IMG/VR virus record: IMGVR_UViG_2512047041_000002
Coordinates: 1 to 16,160 of that record
Direction: 5' to 3' (one strand)
Length of the DNA stretch: 16,160 nucleotides
Origin: a virus
Taxonomy: Duplodnaviria; Heunggongvirae; Uroviricota; Caudoviricetes
Within the stretch, counting starts at the first letter, position 1. Every line of letters starts with the position of its first letter. Positions 8,262 through 15,130 of this stretch are shown here, one piece after another. The notes below the pieces were generated by a model. The model saw only the letters and a list, made by a program, of their open reading frames with translations. It searched no databases and was not told where the DNA came from. A program made the position numbers and the translations under genes.

Positions 8262-9152
8262 TCAGGCTGCCAGATCATCGTTTCCGATGGAAGCATAATA
8301 AGCTTTTTCTGCTTCTGCCGGAGGAGTATGGCCCAGCCTTTCCAGCAATCGTCGATTGTTATACCAGTCCACCCACGTGAGTGTGGCCAGTTCCACTTCT
8401 GCACGGTTTTTCCAGCTCTTACGGTGTATTACCTCCGCTTTGTAAAGACCATTGATGCTCTCCGCCATCGCGTTGTCATACGAGTCGCCTGTACTTCCTG
8501 TTGATGCCAGTAATCCGGCTTCCTTAAGCCGCTGTGTGTAGGCCAGCGATACATACTGAGAACCTTTATCACTGTGATGGACCGTGCCGGACGGTCGACG
8601 GGCCCATAACGCCTGCTCCAGTGCATCCAGCACGAATGTCGTTTCCATGGACGATGAGACCCGCCACCCCACGATGTATCCGGCAAACACATCAATGATG
8701 AACGCCACATAGACGAAGCCCCGCCATGTGCTGACGTAAGTAAAATCAGCCACCCACAGCTGGTCAGGTCGTTCTGCCACGAACTGACGGTTTACGCGGT
8801 CGCCTGCGGCAACGGCTTTCCGGCTGATGGTCGTACGGACCTTTTTACCCCGGAGAACACCGGCAAGTCCCATAACCGCCATGAGACGTGCCACAGTGCA
8901 TCTGGCCACTCTGATACCTTCCCGTAACAACTGACGCCAGACTTTACGCACACCGTATACCTTGTGATTTTCATCGTATACGCGCTGTATCTCTTTCTTC
9001 AGCCAGTCATCGCGCTGCGCACGGGCACTGCGTTTATCCGGATGATGTCGCTGTTGCTGACAGTGGTAATACGTTGACGGGGCAATATGCAGTTCGCTGC
9101 ATAGCGGTCCGACCCCGTACTGCTCACGCAGCTTATCCAGCAGTGGCATCAT
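8262..9152 (-). CDS. IS629-like transposase OrfB (296 aa, DDE catalytic domain)
   Basis: IS3-family OrfB-like sequence (…[31 protein letters not shown]…[11 protein letters not shown]…) in the -1 frame relative to orfA. Confidence 0.85.
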   Translation of the reverse strand: MMPLLDKLREQYGVGPLCSELHIAPSTYYHCQQQRHHPDKRSARAQRDDWLKKEIQRVYDENHKVYGVRKVWRQLLREGIRVARCTVARLMAVMGLAGVLRGKKVRTTISRKAVAAGDRVNRQFVAERPDQLWVADFTYVSTWRGFVYVAFIIDVFAGYIVGWRVSSSMETTFVLDALEQALWARRPSGTVHHSDKGSQYVSLAYTQRLKEAGLLASTGSTGDSYDNAMAESINGLYKAEVIHRKSWKNRAEVELATLTWVDWYNNRRLLERLGHTPPAEAEKAYYASIGNDDLAA

Positions 9153-9475
9153 TTTTTCCAGAGGCGGTCGAACTCCGCCTTCGCAAAATAAGCGGAAGCC
9201 TGGCGAAGGATATCGTTACTGCGGCGCAGTTCACGATTTTCACGTTCCAGCTCTTTCAGACGCTGACGTTCAGCGGTGGTGAGCCCTCCATCACCGCCCC
9301 CGGTATCCCGCTCATGCTGGCGAACCCAGACACGCAGAGTCTCCGGCGTACAGCCAATCTTTGGAGCAATGGAACAAATTGTCGCCCATTGTGAGTCATA
9401 TTCGCCCTGACTTTCCAGAACCATACGGACTGCCCGTTGACGGACTTCGGGGGAAAAACGAGTATTTTTAGTCAT
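9149..9475 (-). CDS. IS629-like transposase OrfA (108 aa, HTH)
   Basis: [30 protein letters not shown]... with C-terminal leucine-zipper-like region; ends in an A6 run (GGAAAAAATGA) at the orfA/orfB overlap. Confidence 0.85.
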   Translation of the reverse strand: MTKNTRFSPEVRQRAVRMVLESQGEYDSQWATICSIAPKIGCTPETLRVWVRQHERDTGGGDGGLTTAERQRLKELERENRELRRSNDILRQASAYFAKAEFDRLWKK

Positions 9476-9622
9476 CCTGTTTACCTCTTTCTCAGGAAGT
9501 TTAGTCTCCAGGATTCCCGGGGCGGTTCATCTCCAGAACTTGGCAGGATTACAAGTTCATACGGAGAACTTGCACGAGCAGCAACAAAGCCACTTCGATA
9601 TGTTGAACAGACAGGGCGATCT

Positions 9623-10030
9623 ATGCCAGCCATTAGCACTCTTGAGAATGGCCTTCATCCAGTTTTAGAGAGCGCATTGTCTGGCGCTTTTAGAACTACT
9701 GGCACTATCGCAGGGTTCTCTGGAGGAGGCGTTATTGGAGCAATAGCGGGTGGCGCTGCAGGTGGGGCAATTGATGCAATGGCAAAAGGAGCGATAGCGA
9801 AATTATCCGCAACTAGAAGCGGTCGTTACGCTATTGAAAAGGCTGTTCAAGAGGCAACAAAGGCAGTTAAGGTTGGGGCAAGTGATGGCGCATTAGCGGC
9901 GGCGGAACGCAGATTTATGGCAAATAAGGCCGCCGTAAAAGCAATACGCGAGGCACTAGGAAACGAAGAGTTCCAGCGTTTAGCAAGAGCTGGAATTGTG
10001 GCATCGCTAAGCGGAATGGCACAGGAGTAA
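9623..10030 (+). CDS. Glycine-zipper protein (135 aa), possible membrane-active/bacteriocin-like; 5' end may be truncated by the IS
   Basis: TIAGFSGGGVIGAIAGGAAGGAIDAMAKGAI GxxxG-repeat segment followed by Ala/Lys-rich amphipathic helices; weak RBS at the first ATG and the frame stays open back to the IS boundary. Confidence 0.4.
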   Translation: MPAISTLENGLHPVLESALSGAFRTTGTIAGFSGGGVIGAIAGGAAGGAIDAMAKGAIAKLSATRSGRYAIEKAVQEATKAVKVGASDGALAAAERRFMANKAAVKAIREALGNEEFQRLARAGIVASLSGMAQE

Positions 10031-10360
10031 TTAGTCATCCATGGATGGATTGAGCTTATCTCGTGTTGATGTGGCAATTTTCCCAACATTTTTCAACCAA
10101 GATTTTAAGAAGGATATGTCGTCCTTAATATCATGAATATCCTCATTCTTTATACGATCAACCTTATCCTCTAAGCTCTCTATAGAACGCTCAATGCTAG
10201 ACAGAGAGATTTTTAAGTCCCCTTGCTCACGTTCCAGTGAGGATTTGAGAGCACAATATTCGTTTTCTAGAATTCCTATTTTTTTTGTTAGAGAGTGCAT
10301 TCGATACTCATACACCAAACCAGAAACGACTAATGCAGCCAACAGAAACCATTCAAGCAC
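10031..10360 (-). CDS. Membrane-anchored coiled-coil protein (about 110 aa, GTG start)
   Basis: GTG at 10358..10360 preceded by AAGGAGG; N-terminal hydrophobic helix LEWFLLAALVVSGLVYEY followed by heptad-like SLEREQGDLKISLSSIERSIESLEDKVDRIK; stop abuts the convergent glycine-zipper stop (TAATTA). Confidence 0.5.
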   Translation of the reverse strand: MLEWFLLAALVVSGLVYEYRMHSLTKKIGILENEYCALKSSLEREQGDLKISLSSIERSIESLEDKVDRIKNEDIHDIKDDISFLKSWLKNVGKIATSTRDKLNPSMDD

Positions 10361-10390
10361 ACCAACCTCCTTAGTTTTGAGCAGGATACC

Positions 10391-10756
10391 ATGAAAAAAG
10401 TTAACATTGGAAACGTACCAAAGATGCTCGTTCCGCTCTTTGAGAGCGGTACAATTGTGTGTTGTAGAGACTTTCCAGAATGGCAACGCCTGCATCAAAA
10501 ACTTGGCGTTGACGTGCAGGACTCGGATGCCAACGGAGCGTCTCATACAATGAGCAGCGAGAATGGTGTTTTGCATGTGATAGGTGTGTTCAATGGCAAA
10601 CTATCTACTATTGCCCATGAGTGCGCTCACATGGCATTCGATATCTGCTCAAGGGTCGGTGTTGATGTTGAACCAGGAAGAGCCAATGAGACTTACTGCT
10701 ACTTAATGAGCAGGCTTGTTGAGTTCTGCGAGCGACATATCAAAAAGCCGGAGTGA
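10391..10756 (+). CDS. Small HExxH-motif protein (121 aa), possible ImmA/IrrE-like metallopeptidase-fold protein
   Basis: ATG at 10391 with AGGA 4 nt upstream; motif TIAHECAHMAFD (HExxH) in the C-terminal half; two Cys pairs. Assignment by motif only. Confidence 0.45.
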   Translation: MKKVNIGNVPKMLVPLFESGTIVCCRDFPEWQRLHQKLGVDVQDSDANGASHTMSSENGVLHVIGVFNGKLSTIAHECAHMAFDICSRVGVDVEPGRANETYCYLMSRLVEFCERHIKKPE

Positions 10757-10764
10757 CCCGGCTT
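10745..10764. terminator. Stem-loop between convergent genes (possible bidirectional terminator)
   Basis: AAGCCGG-agtgac-CCGGCTT overlapping the HExxH gene stop; flanked by A-run on one side and T-rich sequence on the other. Confidence 0.3.
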
Positions 10765-10769
10765 GATTA

Positions 10770-10949
10770 TTACTTTTTGCTGTCTGGAGTTCGCTTATCC
10801 AATACCCAGCCATGACCTGGCTTTGTTGTTGGTGGAAGCCTTTCGTTGTCCTTGACGGTGGCAAAATTGTCTTTCTTACCGCCGCGTGGGCCAACTTCTT
10901 GGTATATTCCGCCGTTTTTTCCTGTGTTTTCACCTGGTTTTTTCGCCAT
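10770..10949 (-). CDS. Small Gly/Lys-rich hydrophilic protein (59 aa)
   Basis: ATG at 10947..10949 with GAGGT Shine-Dalgarno; MAKKPGENTGKNGGIYQEVGPRGGKKDNFATVKDNERLPPTTKPGHGWVLDKRTPDSKK; TTGACT -35-like hexamer upstream. Confidence 0.5.
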   Translation of the reverse strand: MAKKPGENTGKNGGIYQEVGPRGGKKDNFATVKDNERLPPTTKPGHGWVLDKRTPDSKK

Positions 10950-11039
10950 GATATACCTCAACATGCACCCGTTATTGGGCGATTAAATATTGATCTCATT
11001 TTATGAGTAGTCAATATGGTCCAAAAAAGGTAAAAATTA

Positions 11040-11064
11040 ACCCACCGTCAGGTGGGTTTTTTAT
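11040..11064. terminator. Intrinsic terminator hairpin, likely bidirectional; ends the Mnt-like/ClpP-like operon
   Basis: ACCCACC-gtca-GGTGGGT followed by TTTTTTAT on the plus strand and by TTAATTTTTACC on the minus strand; 24 nt beyond the ClpP-like stop. Confidence 0.6.
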
Positions 11065-11087
11065 AAGGAGTAATCATGATTTACCCA

Positions 11088-11624
11088 TCAAACAACCCAC
11101 CAGTTTGCCTGATTGGATGCCAGCCTTGCAGTTTTTATGGAATTAATTATGCCATGCTCAAGAGCCTTGTTAGCATCCAAAATGGTCGAGTCTGCTATCA
11201 GGGATGCCCACCTAATATGGGTTCCGATGTCGATATTGAACGTCTCAACGAAGCGATCAAGATCGTTATCGAGGCATTTCCCGTACTCTCTCAATCTGGC
11301 ATGGTCGGCGGCTGGGGAGGCAAAGCACCATAATAGAGGATGTAACAGGAATCTTGATAATGGGTTTGCGAAACGTTCTGAGCCAGCCAGGAAAACGATA
11401 TTAGCTATGGATTCAACATTGCTTATGTTGTGAGTTCTAACGGTAACAGGGAGTGACTTAAGAAAGTTATACGCAGTAAAGCCAGCGGCAGTTTCCCCTC
11501 CCTGACTTGATATATGGATATTTAATTCAGTTGCGCCTTGAGATAATGCGGTGAGACAGTGGTTCTGAAGTTGCCCAACAGTGGCAGTGTTAACGGGGCA
11601 TAAGAAATGAATTGTGTGCAGCAT
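11088..11624 (-). CDS. ClpP-fold (S14-family-like) serine peptidase homologue (178 aa), non-structural context
   Basis: By-eye alignment to E. coli ClpP blocks: ISSQGGETAAGFTAYNFL vs INSPGGVITAGMSIYDTM; ESIANIVFLAGSERFANPLSRFLLHP vs [29 protein letters not shown] (Ser and His aligned); C-terminal ALEHGIINSI vs AVEYGLVDSIL. Start ATG overlaps the Mnt-like stop (TAATG). Confidence 0.6.
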   Translation of the reverse strand: MLHTIHFLCPVNTATVGQLQNHCLTALSQGATELNIHISSQGGETAAGFTAYNFLKSLPVTVRTHNISNVESIANIVFLAGSERFANPLSRFLLHPLLWCFASPAADHARLREYGKCLDNDLDRFVETFNIDIGTHIRWASLIADSTILDANKALEHGIINSIKTARLASNQANWWVV

Positions 11625-11872
11625 TATTTTTCATCCTTAGCATACATGGTCTTTAGCGTCTCAAGTAGCGCCTCTTTGAATTTATCAGCTTCTTGGTTAG
11701 CGAATCCTTCAAGTGAGCGAGAGCCATCAAGATTATCAACATGTTTTTGAAGGATAAGCACGATCTCTGAGTTCATTGATCTGCCGTTTTTATCCGCTTC
11801 TTGCTGAATGCGTTTCTTTAAATAGTCTGGAATCCTAATCCCCAATGGACTGATATCTCTTGCACCTTTCAT
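11624..11872 (-). CDS. Mnt-like ribbon-helix-helix repressor (82 aa)
   Basis: ATG at 11870..11872 with GAGGAG Shine-Dalgarno; MKGARDISPLGIRIPDYLKKRIQQEADKNGRSMNSEIV... shows the RHH pattern of P22 Mnt (NGRSMNSE) plus a C-terminal extension; divergent from the Arc-like gene. Confidence 0.75.
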   Translation of the reverse strand: MKGARDISPLGIRIPDYLKKRIQQEADKNGRSMNSEIVLILQKHVDNLDGSRSLEGFANQEADKFKEALLETLKTMYAKDEK

Positions 11873-11894
11873 TTCTCCTCCTGCACGCTGTGCG

Positions 11895-11967
11895 TAGCTA
11901 CACAGTGTAGGCAAAAAATTTTTGACTTTAAATAAACACGGTGTAGTATTTAGTTATCACGGTGTAG
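11895..11967. promoter_or_regulatory. immI divergent promoter/operator region
   Basis: Perfect palindrome CTACAC-A-GTGTAG (11898..11910); two direct copies of CACGGTGTAG (11937..11946, 11958..11967) 21 bp apart; TTGACT (11922..11927) with TAGTAT 16 bp downstream as a candidate rightward promoter overlapping the repeats. Confidence 0.55.
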
Positions 11968-11981
11968 CAAGTGAGGTGGAA

Positions 11982-12122
11982 ATGAAAGTTAGAGACATCG
12001 CTCCATTAGGGATTCGTATCCCGCCAGAGATTAAAGAAAAATTGAAGGAAAAGGCTAAGGAGGAGGGCAGGTCTTTAAATTCAGAAATAGTGAAGCGTCT
12101 TATTCGCAGCCTAAAAAGTTGA
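11982..12122 (+). CDS. Arc-like ribbon-helix-helix repressor (46 aa)
   Basis: ATG at 11982 with GAGGTGG Shine-Dalgarno; [46 protein letters not shown]; the RHH strand [11 protein letters not shown] is nearly identical to the Mnt-like protein; the 66-aa track ORF is an upstream extension. Confidence 0.7.
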   Translation: MKVRDIAPLGIRIPPEIKEKLKEKAKEEGRSLNSEIVKRLIRSLKS

Positions 12123-12170
12123 AGCCCCAACTGCTGGAACAGTCGGGGCTTCGGTATCAACAAATCAGAT
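12113..12170 (-). ncRNA. Candidate sar-like antisense RNA opposing the antirepressor RBS (hypothetical)
   Basis: Minus-strand TTGACT (reverse complement of 12200..12205) and AATAAT (12175..12180) with a 19-bp spacer; downstream a 12-bp imperfect hairpin (12121..12152) followed on the minus strand by AACTTTTTAG. Confidence 0.25.
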
Positions 12171-12183
12171 AGGAATTATTGAT

Positions 12184-13113
12184 ATGACAAGTTTAGCAAA
12201 GTCAACATTAAATTGCACTAACAGCATCACCATTTCAGACGTCAAGATTCATATGGATTCAGAGGGGCGTTACTCGCTTAATGACCTGCACAAGGCATCA
12301 GGTAAAGAGCGTCGTCATGAGCCTGCGGCGTGGCTGCGACTCGAACAAACCAATGAGTTAGTTCAAGAAATTCTAAATACACAGATGTGTGTATTTAAAA
12401 ATGGCGATAACTTTAATTCTTCAGAATCGCAGATTAAGAAGCCAATGGACTCTAAGAAGGGTCGCTACGGAGGCACCTACGTGTGCAAGGAGCTTGTTTA
12501 CTCCTACGCCATGTGGATTAGCGCAGCCTTTGCGCTGAAGGTTATCCGTGCATATGACGCAATGGTTACTGCCACACAAGAGAGGAAAGCTATTGGCGGT
12601 AAAACTTCAGTAGCTGAACGCACACCGCTACGAGATGCAGTAAACATGCTGGTAGGAAAGAAAGGACTTCGCTATGACGATGCATACAATATGGTTCATC
12701 AGCGTTTTGGTATTGACAGCATTGATGAACTTTCAATTGAACAAATCCCGCTGGCCGTAGAGTACATCCACAGGGTAGTGCTTGAAGGTGAGTTCATCGG
12801 CAAACAAGAGAAGAAAACCAACGAGCTTTCTGCAAAAGAAGCAAACAGCCTTGTATGGTTATGGGATTATGCCAACCGCTCACAGGCATTATTCCGCGAA
12901 CTGTATCCGGCATTAAAACAAATTCAATCGAACTATTCCGGCAGATGTCATGACTGCGGTTATGAGTTCTCCCGTATTATCGATATGGCGAGAGATGTTT
13001 TAATCAACCATACACGAGATGTTGATATTAATGAGCCAGACGGACCAACGAATCTTTCCGCATGGATGAGACTTAAGAATAAAGAATTACCTCCTTCAGT
13101 ACATAACTACTGA
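12184..13113 (+). CDS. Antirepressor with N-terminal KilA-N domain (309 aa), Ant-like
   Basis: Position directly after the Arc-like gene as in P22 immI; N-terminal region ([25 protein letters not shown]...[23 protein letters not shown]) resembles KilA-N; AGGA RBS. Confidence 0.65.
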   Translation: MTSLAKSTLNCTNSITISDVKIHMDSEGRYSLNDLHKASGKERRHEPAAWLRLEQTNELVQEILNTQMCVFKNGDNFNSSESQIKKPMDSKKGRYGGTYVCKELVYSYAMWISAAFALKVIRAYDAMVTATQERKAIGGKTSVAERTPLRDAVNMLVGKKGLRYDDAYNMVHQRFGIDSIDELSIEQIPLAVEYIHRVVLEGEFIGKQEKKTNELSAKEANSLVWLWDYANRSQALFRELYPALKQIQSNYSGRCHDCGYEFSRIIDMARDVLINHTRDVDINEPDGPTNLSAWMRLKNKELPPSVHNY

Positions 13114-13131
13114 CAGATAACCAACGCAACG

Positions 13132-13156
13132 ACCCAGCTTCGGCTGGGTTTTTTTA
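13132..13156 (+). terminator. Rho-independent terminator after the antirepressor gene
   Basis: ACCCAGC-ttcg-GCTGGGT followed by TTTTTTTAT, 19 nt after the stop codon. Confidence 0.7.
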
Positions 13157-13213
13157 TGCCCAAAATTCACCGTAGCCATGCTGCGGCGATTCCTTGTGTC
13201 TGGAGCAAATTAA

Positions 13214-15130
13214 ATGAGAGACATTACAGCCAATGTGATCGTATCGATGCCTTCGCAACTCTTCACTATGGCGCGTTCTTTTAAAGCCGTAGCTAATGGC
13301 AAAATTTATATCGGTAAAATTGACACTGATCCTGTAAATCCAGAAAACCAGATTCAGGTCTATGTGGAGAATGAAGACGGTTCTCACGTTCCTGTTTCGC
13401 AACCAATAATCATTAACGCTGCTGGATATCCTGTATATAACGGACAGATTGCCAAATTCGTTACCGTGCAAGGCCATTCTATGGCTGTTTATGATGCGTA
13501 TGGTGCGCAGCAGTTCTATTTTCCTAATGTGCTGAAGTATGACCCTGATCAACTACGGCAGCAATTAGAAGACCCAGATGGAGCGAATAAATACCCAAAA
13601 CTTCAGATAGCAAGATGGAGAGACAGTTATGATGTAAGAGGTTGGGGGGCTATTGGTGATGGTGTTCATGATGATACATCAGCTCTATCAGAATTACTTT
13701 CTGTTGCAACAGGTGGTGAAAAGATAGATGGGCGAGGGCTTACTTTTAAAGTATCAACTCTTCCAGATGTCAGTCGATTTAAAAATGCTCGTTTTTTATT
13801 TGAGAGAATACCGGGTCAGCCTCTTTTTTATGCTTCTGAAGATTTTATCCAGGGAGAGTTATTTAAAATTACAGATACACCGTGGTACAACGCCTGGACG
13901 CAGGATAAAATGTTTGTATATGACAATGTCATCTATGCGCCTTTTATGGCTGGAGACCGCCATGGTGTAAATAACCTCCATGTTGCATGGGTTCGCTCAG
14001 GAGATGACGGGAAGACCTGGACAACGCCGGAATGGCTTACAGATTTACATGAAAACTATCCCACAGTTAACTATCACTGCATGAGTATGGGGGTTGTCAG
14101 AAATCGCCTTTTTGCTGTAATTGAGACGCGGACCGTGAGAGGAAATAAACTGCAGGTTGCAGAGTTGTGGGATCGCCCAATGAGTCGCAGCCTTCGCGTT
14201 TATGGTGGTATAACGAAAGCAGCAAATCAGCAAGTCGCTTATATTCGCATTACTGATCACGGATTATTTGCTGGTGATTTTGTCAACTTCTCAAACTCTG
14301 GTGTTACAGATGTTACCGGGAATATGACGGTGACTACTGTTATTGATAAAAATACCTTTACAGTTACGACGCAAAATACCCAGGATGTGGATCAGAATAA
14401 CGAGGGTAGATACTGGAGTTTTGGCACATCATTTCACTCGTCACCATGGAGAAAAACCAGTCTTGGAACTATTCCTTCTTTTGTTGACGGAAGCACTCCT
14501 GTTACTGAGATTCACAGTTTTGCGACGATTAGCGATAACAGTTTTGCTGTTGGCTACCATAATGGTGATATTGGTCCACGCGAGCTTGGGATACTCTATT
14601 TCTCTGATGCTTTCGGTTCTCCTGGTAGCTTTGTTCGCAGACGCATACCTGCAGAATATGAGGCGAATGCATCTGAGCCATGTGTAAAATATTATGATGG
14701 CATTCTGTATCTGACGACCAGGGGGACATTAAGTACTCAACCCGGTAGTTCATTGCACAGAAGCTCTGATTTAGGTACATCATGGAATTCTCTTCGCTTC
14801 CCAAATAATGTTCATCACTCAAACCTTCCTTTTGCCAAAGTTGGCGATGAGCTGGTTATTTTTGGCAGTGAGCGCGCATTTGGTGAGTGGGAAGGAGGAG
14901 AACCTGATAACCGTTATGCAGGAAATTATCCAAGAACATTTATGACCAGAGTTAACGTCAATGAGTGGAGTCTGGATAATGTAGAGTGGGTTAATGTTAC
15001 TGATCAGATTTATCAGGGCGGAATAGTTAACTCTGCGGTTGGTGTTGGTTCAGTTTGTATCAAAGACAACTGGCTGTACTACATTTTCGGTGGGGAAGAC
15101 TTTTCTAAACCCATGGAGCATAGGGGATAA
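13214..15130 (+). CDS. Tailspike: P22-like head-binding N-terminal domain plus glycosidase-type receptor-binding domain with Asp-box (BNR) motifs; likely the 5' part of a frameshifted longer gene
   Basis: First ~115 aa ([11 protein letters not shown]...[38 protein letters not shown]...[15 protein letters not shown]...NVLKYDPDQ) closely resemble the P22 gp9 N-terminus as I recall it; [14 protein letters not shown] motif; two Asp-boxes SGDDGKTW and SSDLGTSW. Confidence 0.8.
   Translation: MRDITANVIVSMPSQLFTMARSFKAVANGKIYIGKIDTDPVNPENQIQVYVENEDGSHVPVSQPIIINAAGYPVYNGQIAKFVTVQGHSMAVYDAYGAQQFYFPNVLKYDPDQLRQQLEDPDGANKYPKLQIARWRDSYDVRGWGAIGDGVHDDTSALSELLSVATGGEKIDGRGLTFKVSTLPDVSRFKNARFLFERIPGQPLFYASEDFIQGELFKITDTPWYNAWTQDKMFVYDNVIYAPFMAGDRHGVNNLHVAWVRSGDDGKTWTTPEWLTDLHENYPTVNYHCMSMGVVRNRLFAVIETRTVRGNKLQVAELWDRPMSRSLRVYGGITKAANQQVAYIRITDHGLFAGDFVNFSNSGVTDVTGNMTVTTVIDKNTFTVTTQNTQDVDQNNEGRYWSFGTSFHSSPWRKTSLGTIPSFVDGSTPVTEIHSFATISDNSFAVGYHNGDIGPRELGILYFSDAFGSPGSFVRRRIPAEYEANASEPCVKYYDGILYLTTRGTLSTQPGSSLHRSSDLGTSWNSLRFPNNVHHSNLPFAKVGDELVIFGSERAFGEWEGGEPDNRYAGNYPRTFMTRVNVNEWSLDNVEWVNVTDQIYQGGIVNSAVGVGSVCIKDNWLYYIFGGEDFSKPMEHRG

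Larger units (their letters stand above)
8220..9529 (-). mobile_element. IS3-family insertion sequence, IS629-like, 1310 bp
   Basis: Imperfect terminal inverted repeats TGAACCGCCCCGGGTTTCCTGGAGA (8220..) and TGAACCGCCCCGGGAATCCTGGAGA (reverse complement ending 9529); orfA/orfB pair; length as I remember for IS629; flanks tag / tct show no direct repeat. Confidence 0.85.

Noticed and set aside
8174-8404. ORFs spanning the left IS boundary (68 aa plus strand, 73 aa minus strand)
   Set aside because: They run across the inverted-repeat end of the IS and into the transposase gene antisense or out of frame; most likely artefacts.
9074-9394. 106-aa plus-strand ORF inside the IS
   Set aside because: Antisense to orfA/orfB of the IS3-family element; no RBS.
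9437-9622. N-terminal 62 codons of the 197-aa track ORF
   Set aside because: This part starts inside the IS right end and crosses the inverted repeat, so it cannot be a native start; the CDS was called from the first ATG outside the IS, with the caveat that the gene may be 5'-truncated.
9847-10089. 80-aa minus-strand ORF over the glycine-zipper gene
   Set aside because: Antisense frame of a Gly/Ala-rich gene, which gives spurious open frames; no RBS.
11076-11333. 85-aa plus-strand ORF with an apparently strong Shine-Dalgarno (TAAGGAG)
   Set aside because: It lies entirely antisense within the ClpP-fold gene, whose multi-block similarity to ClpP is much stronger evidence; the SD-like sequence sits at the loop/T-run end of the terminator and is probably coincidental. 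Kept as low-probability only.
13154-13552. 132-aa minus-strand ORF overlapping the tailspike 5' region
   Set aside because: Antisense to the strongly supported tailspike N-terminal domain; no RBS.
14045-14822. Several 71-114 aa ORFs on both strands within the tailspike gene
   Set aside because: They are internal to the tailspike coding region in other frames or on the other strand, with no RBS.
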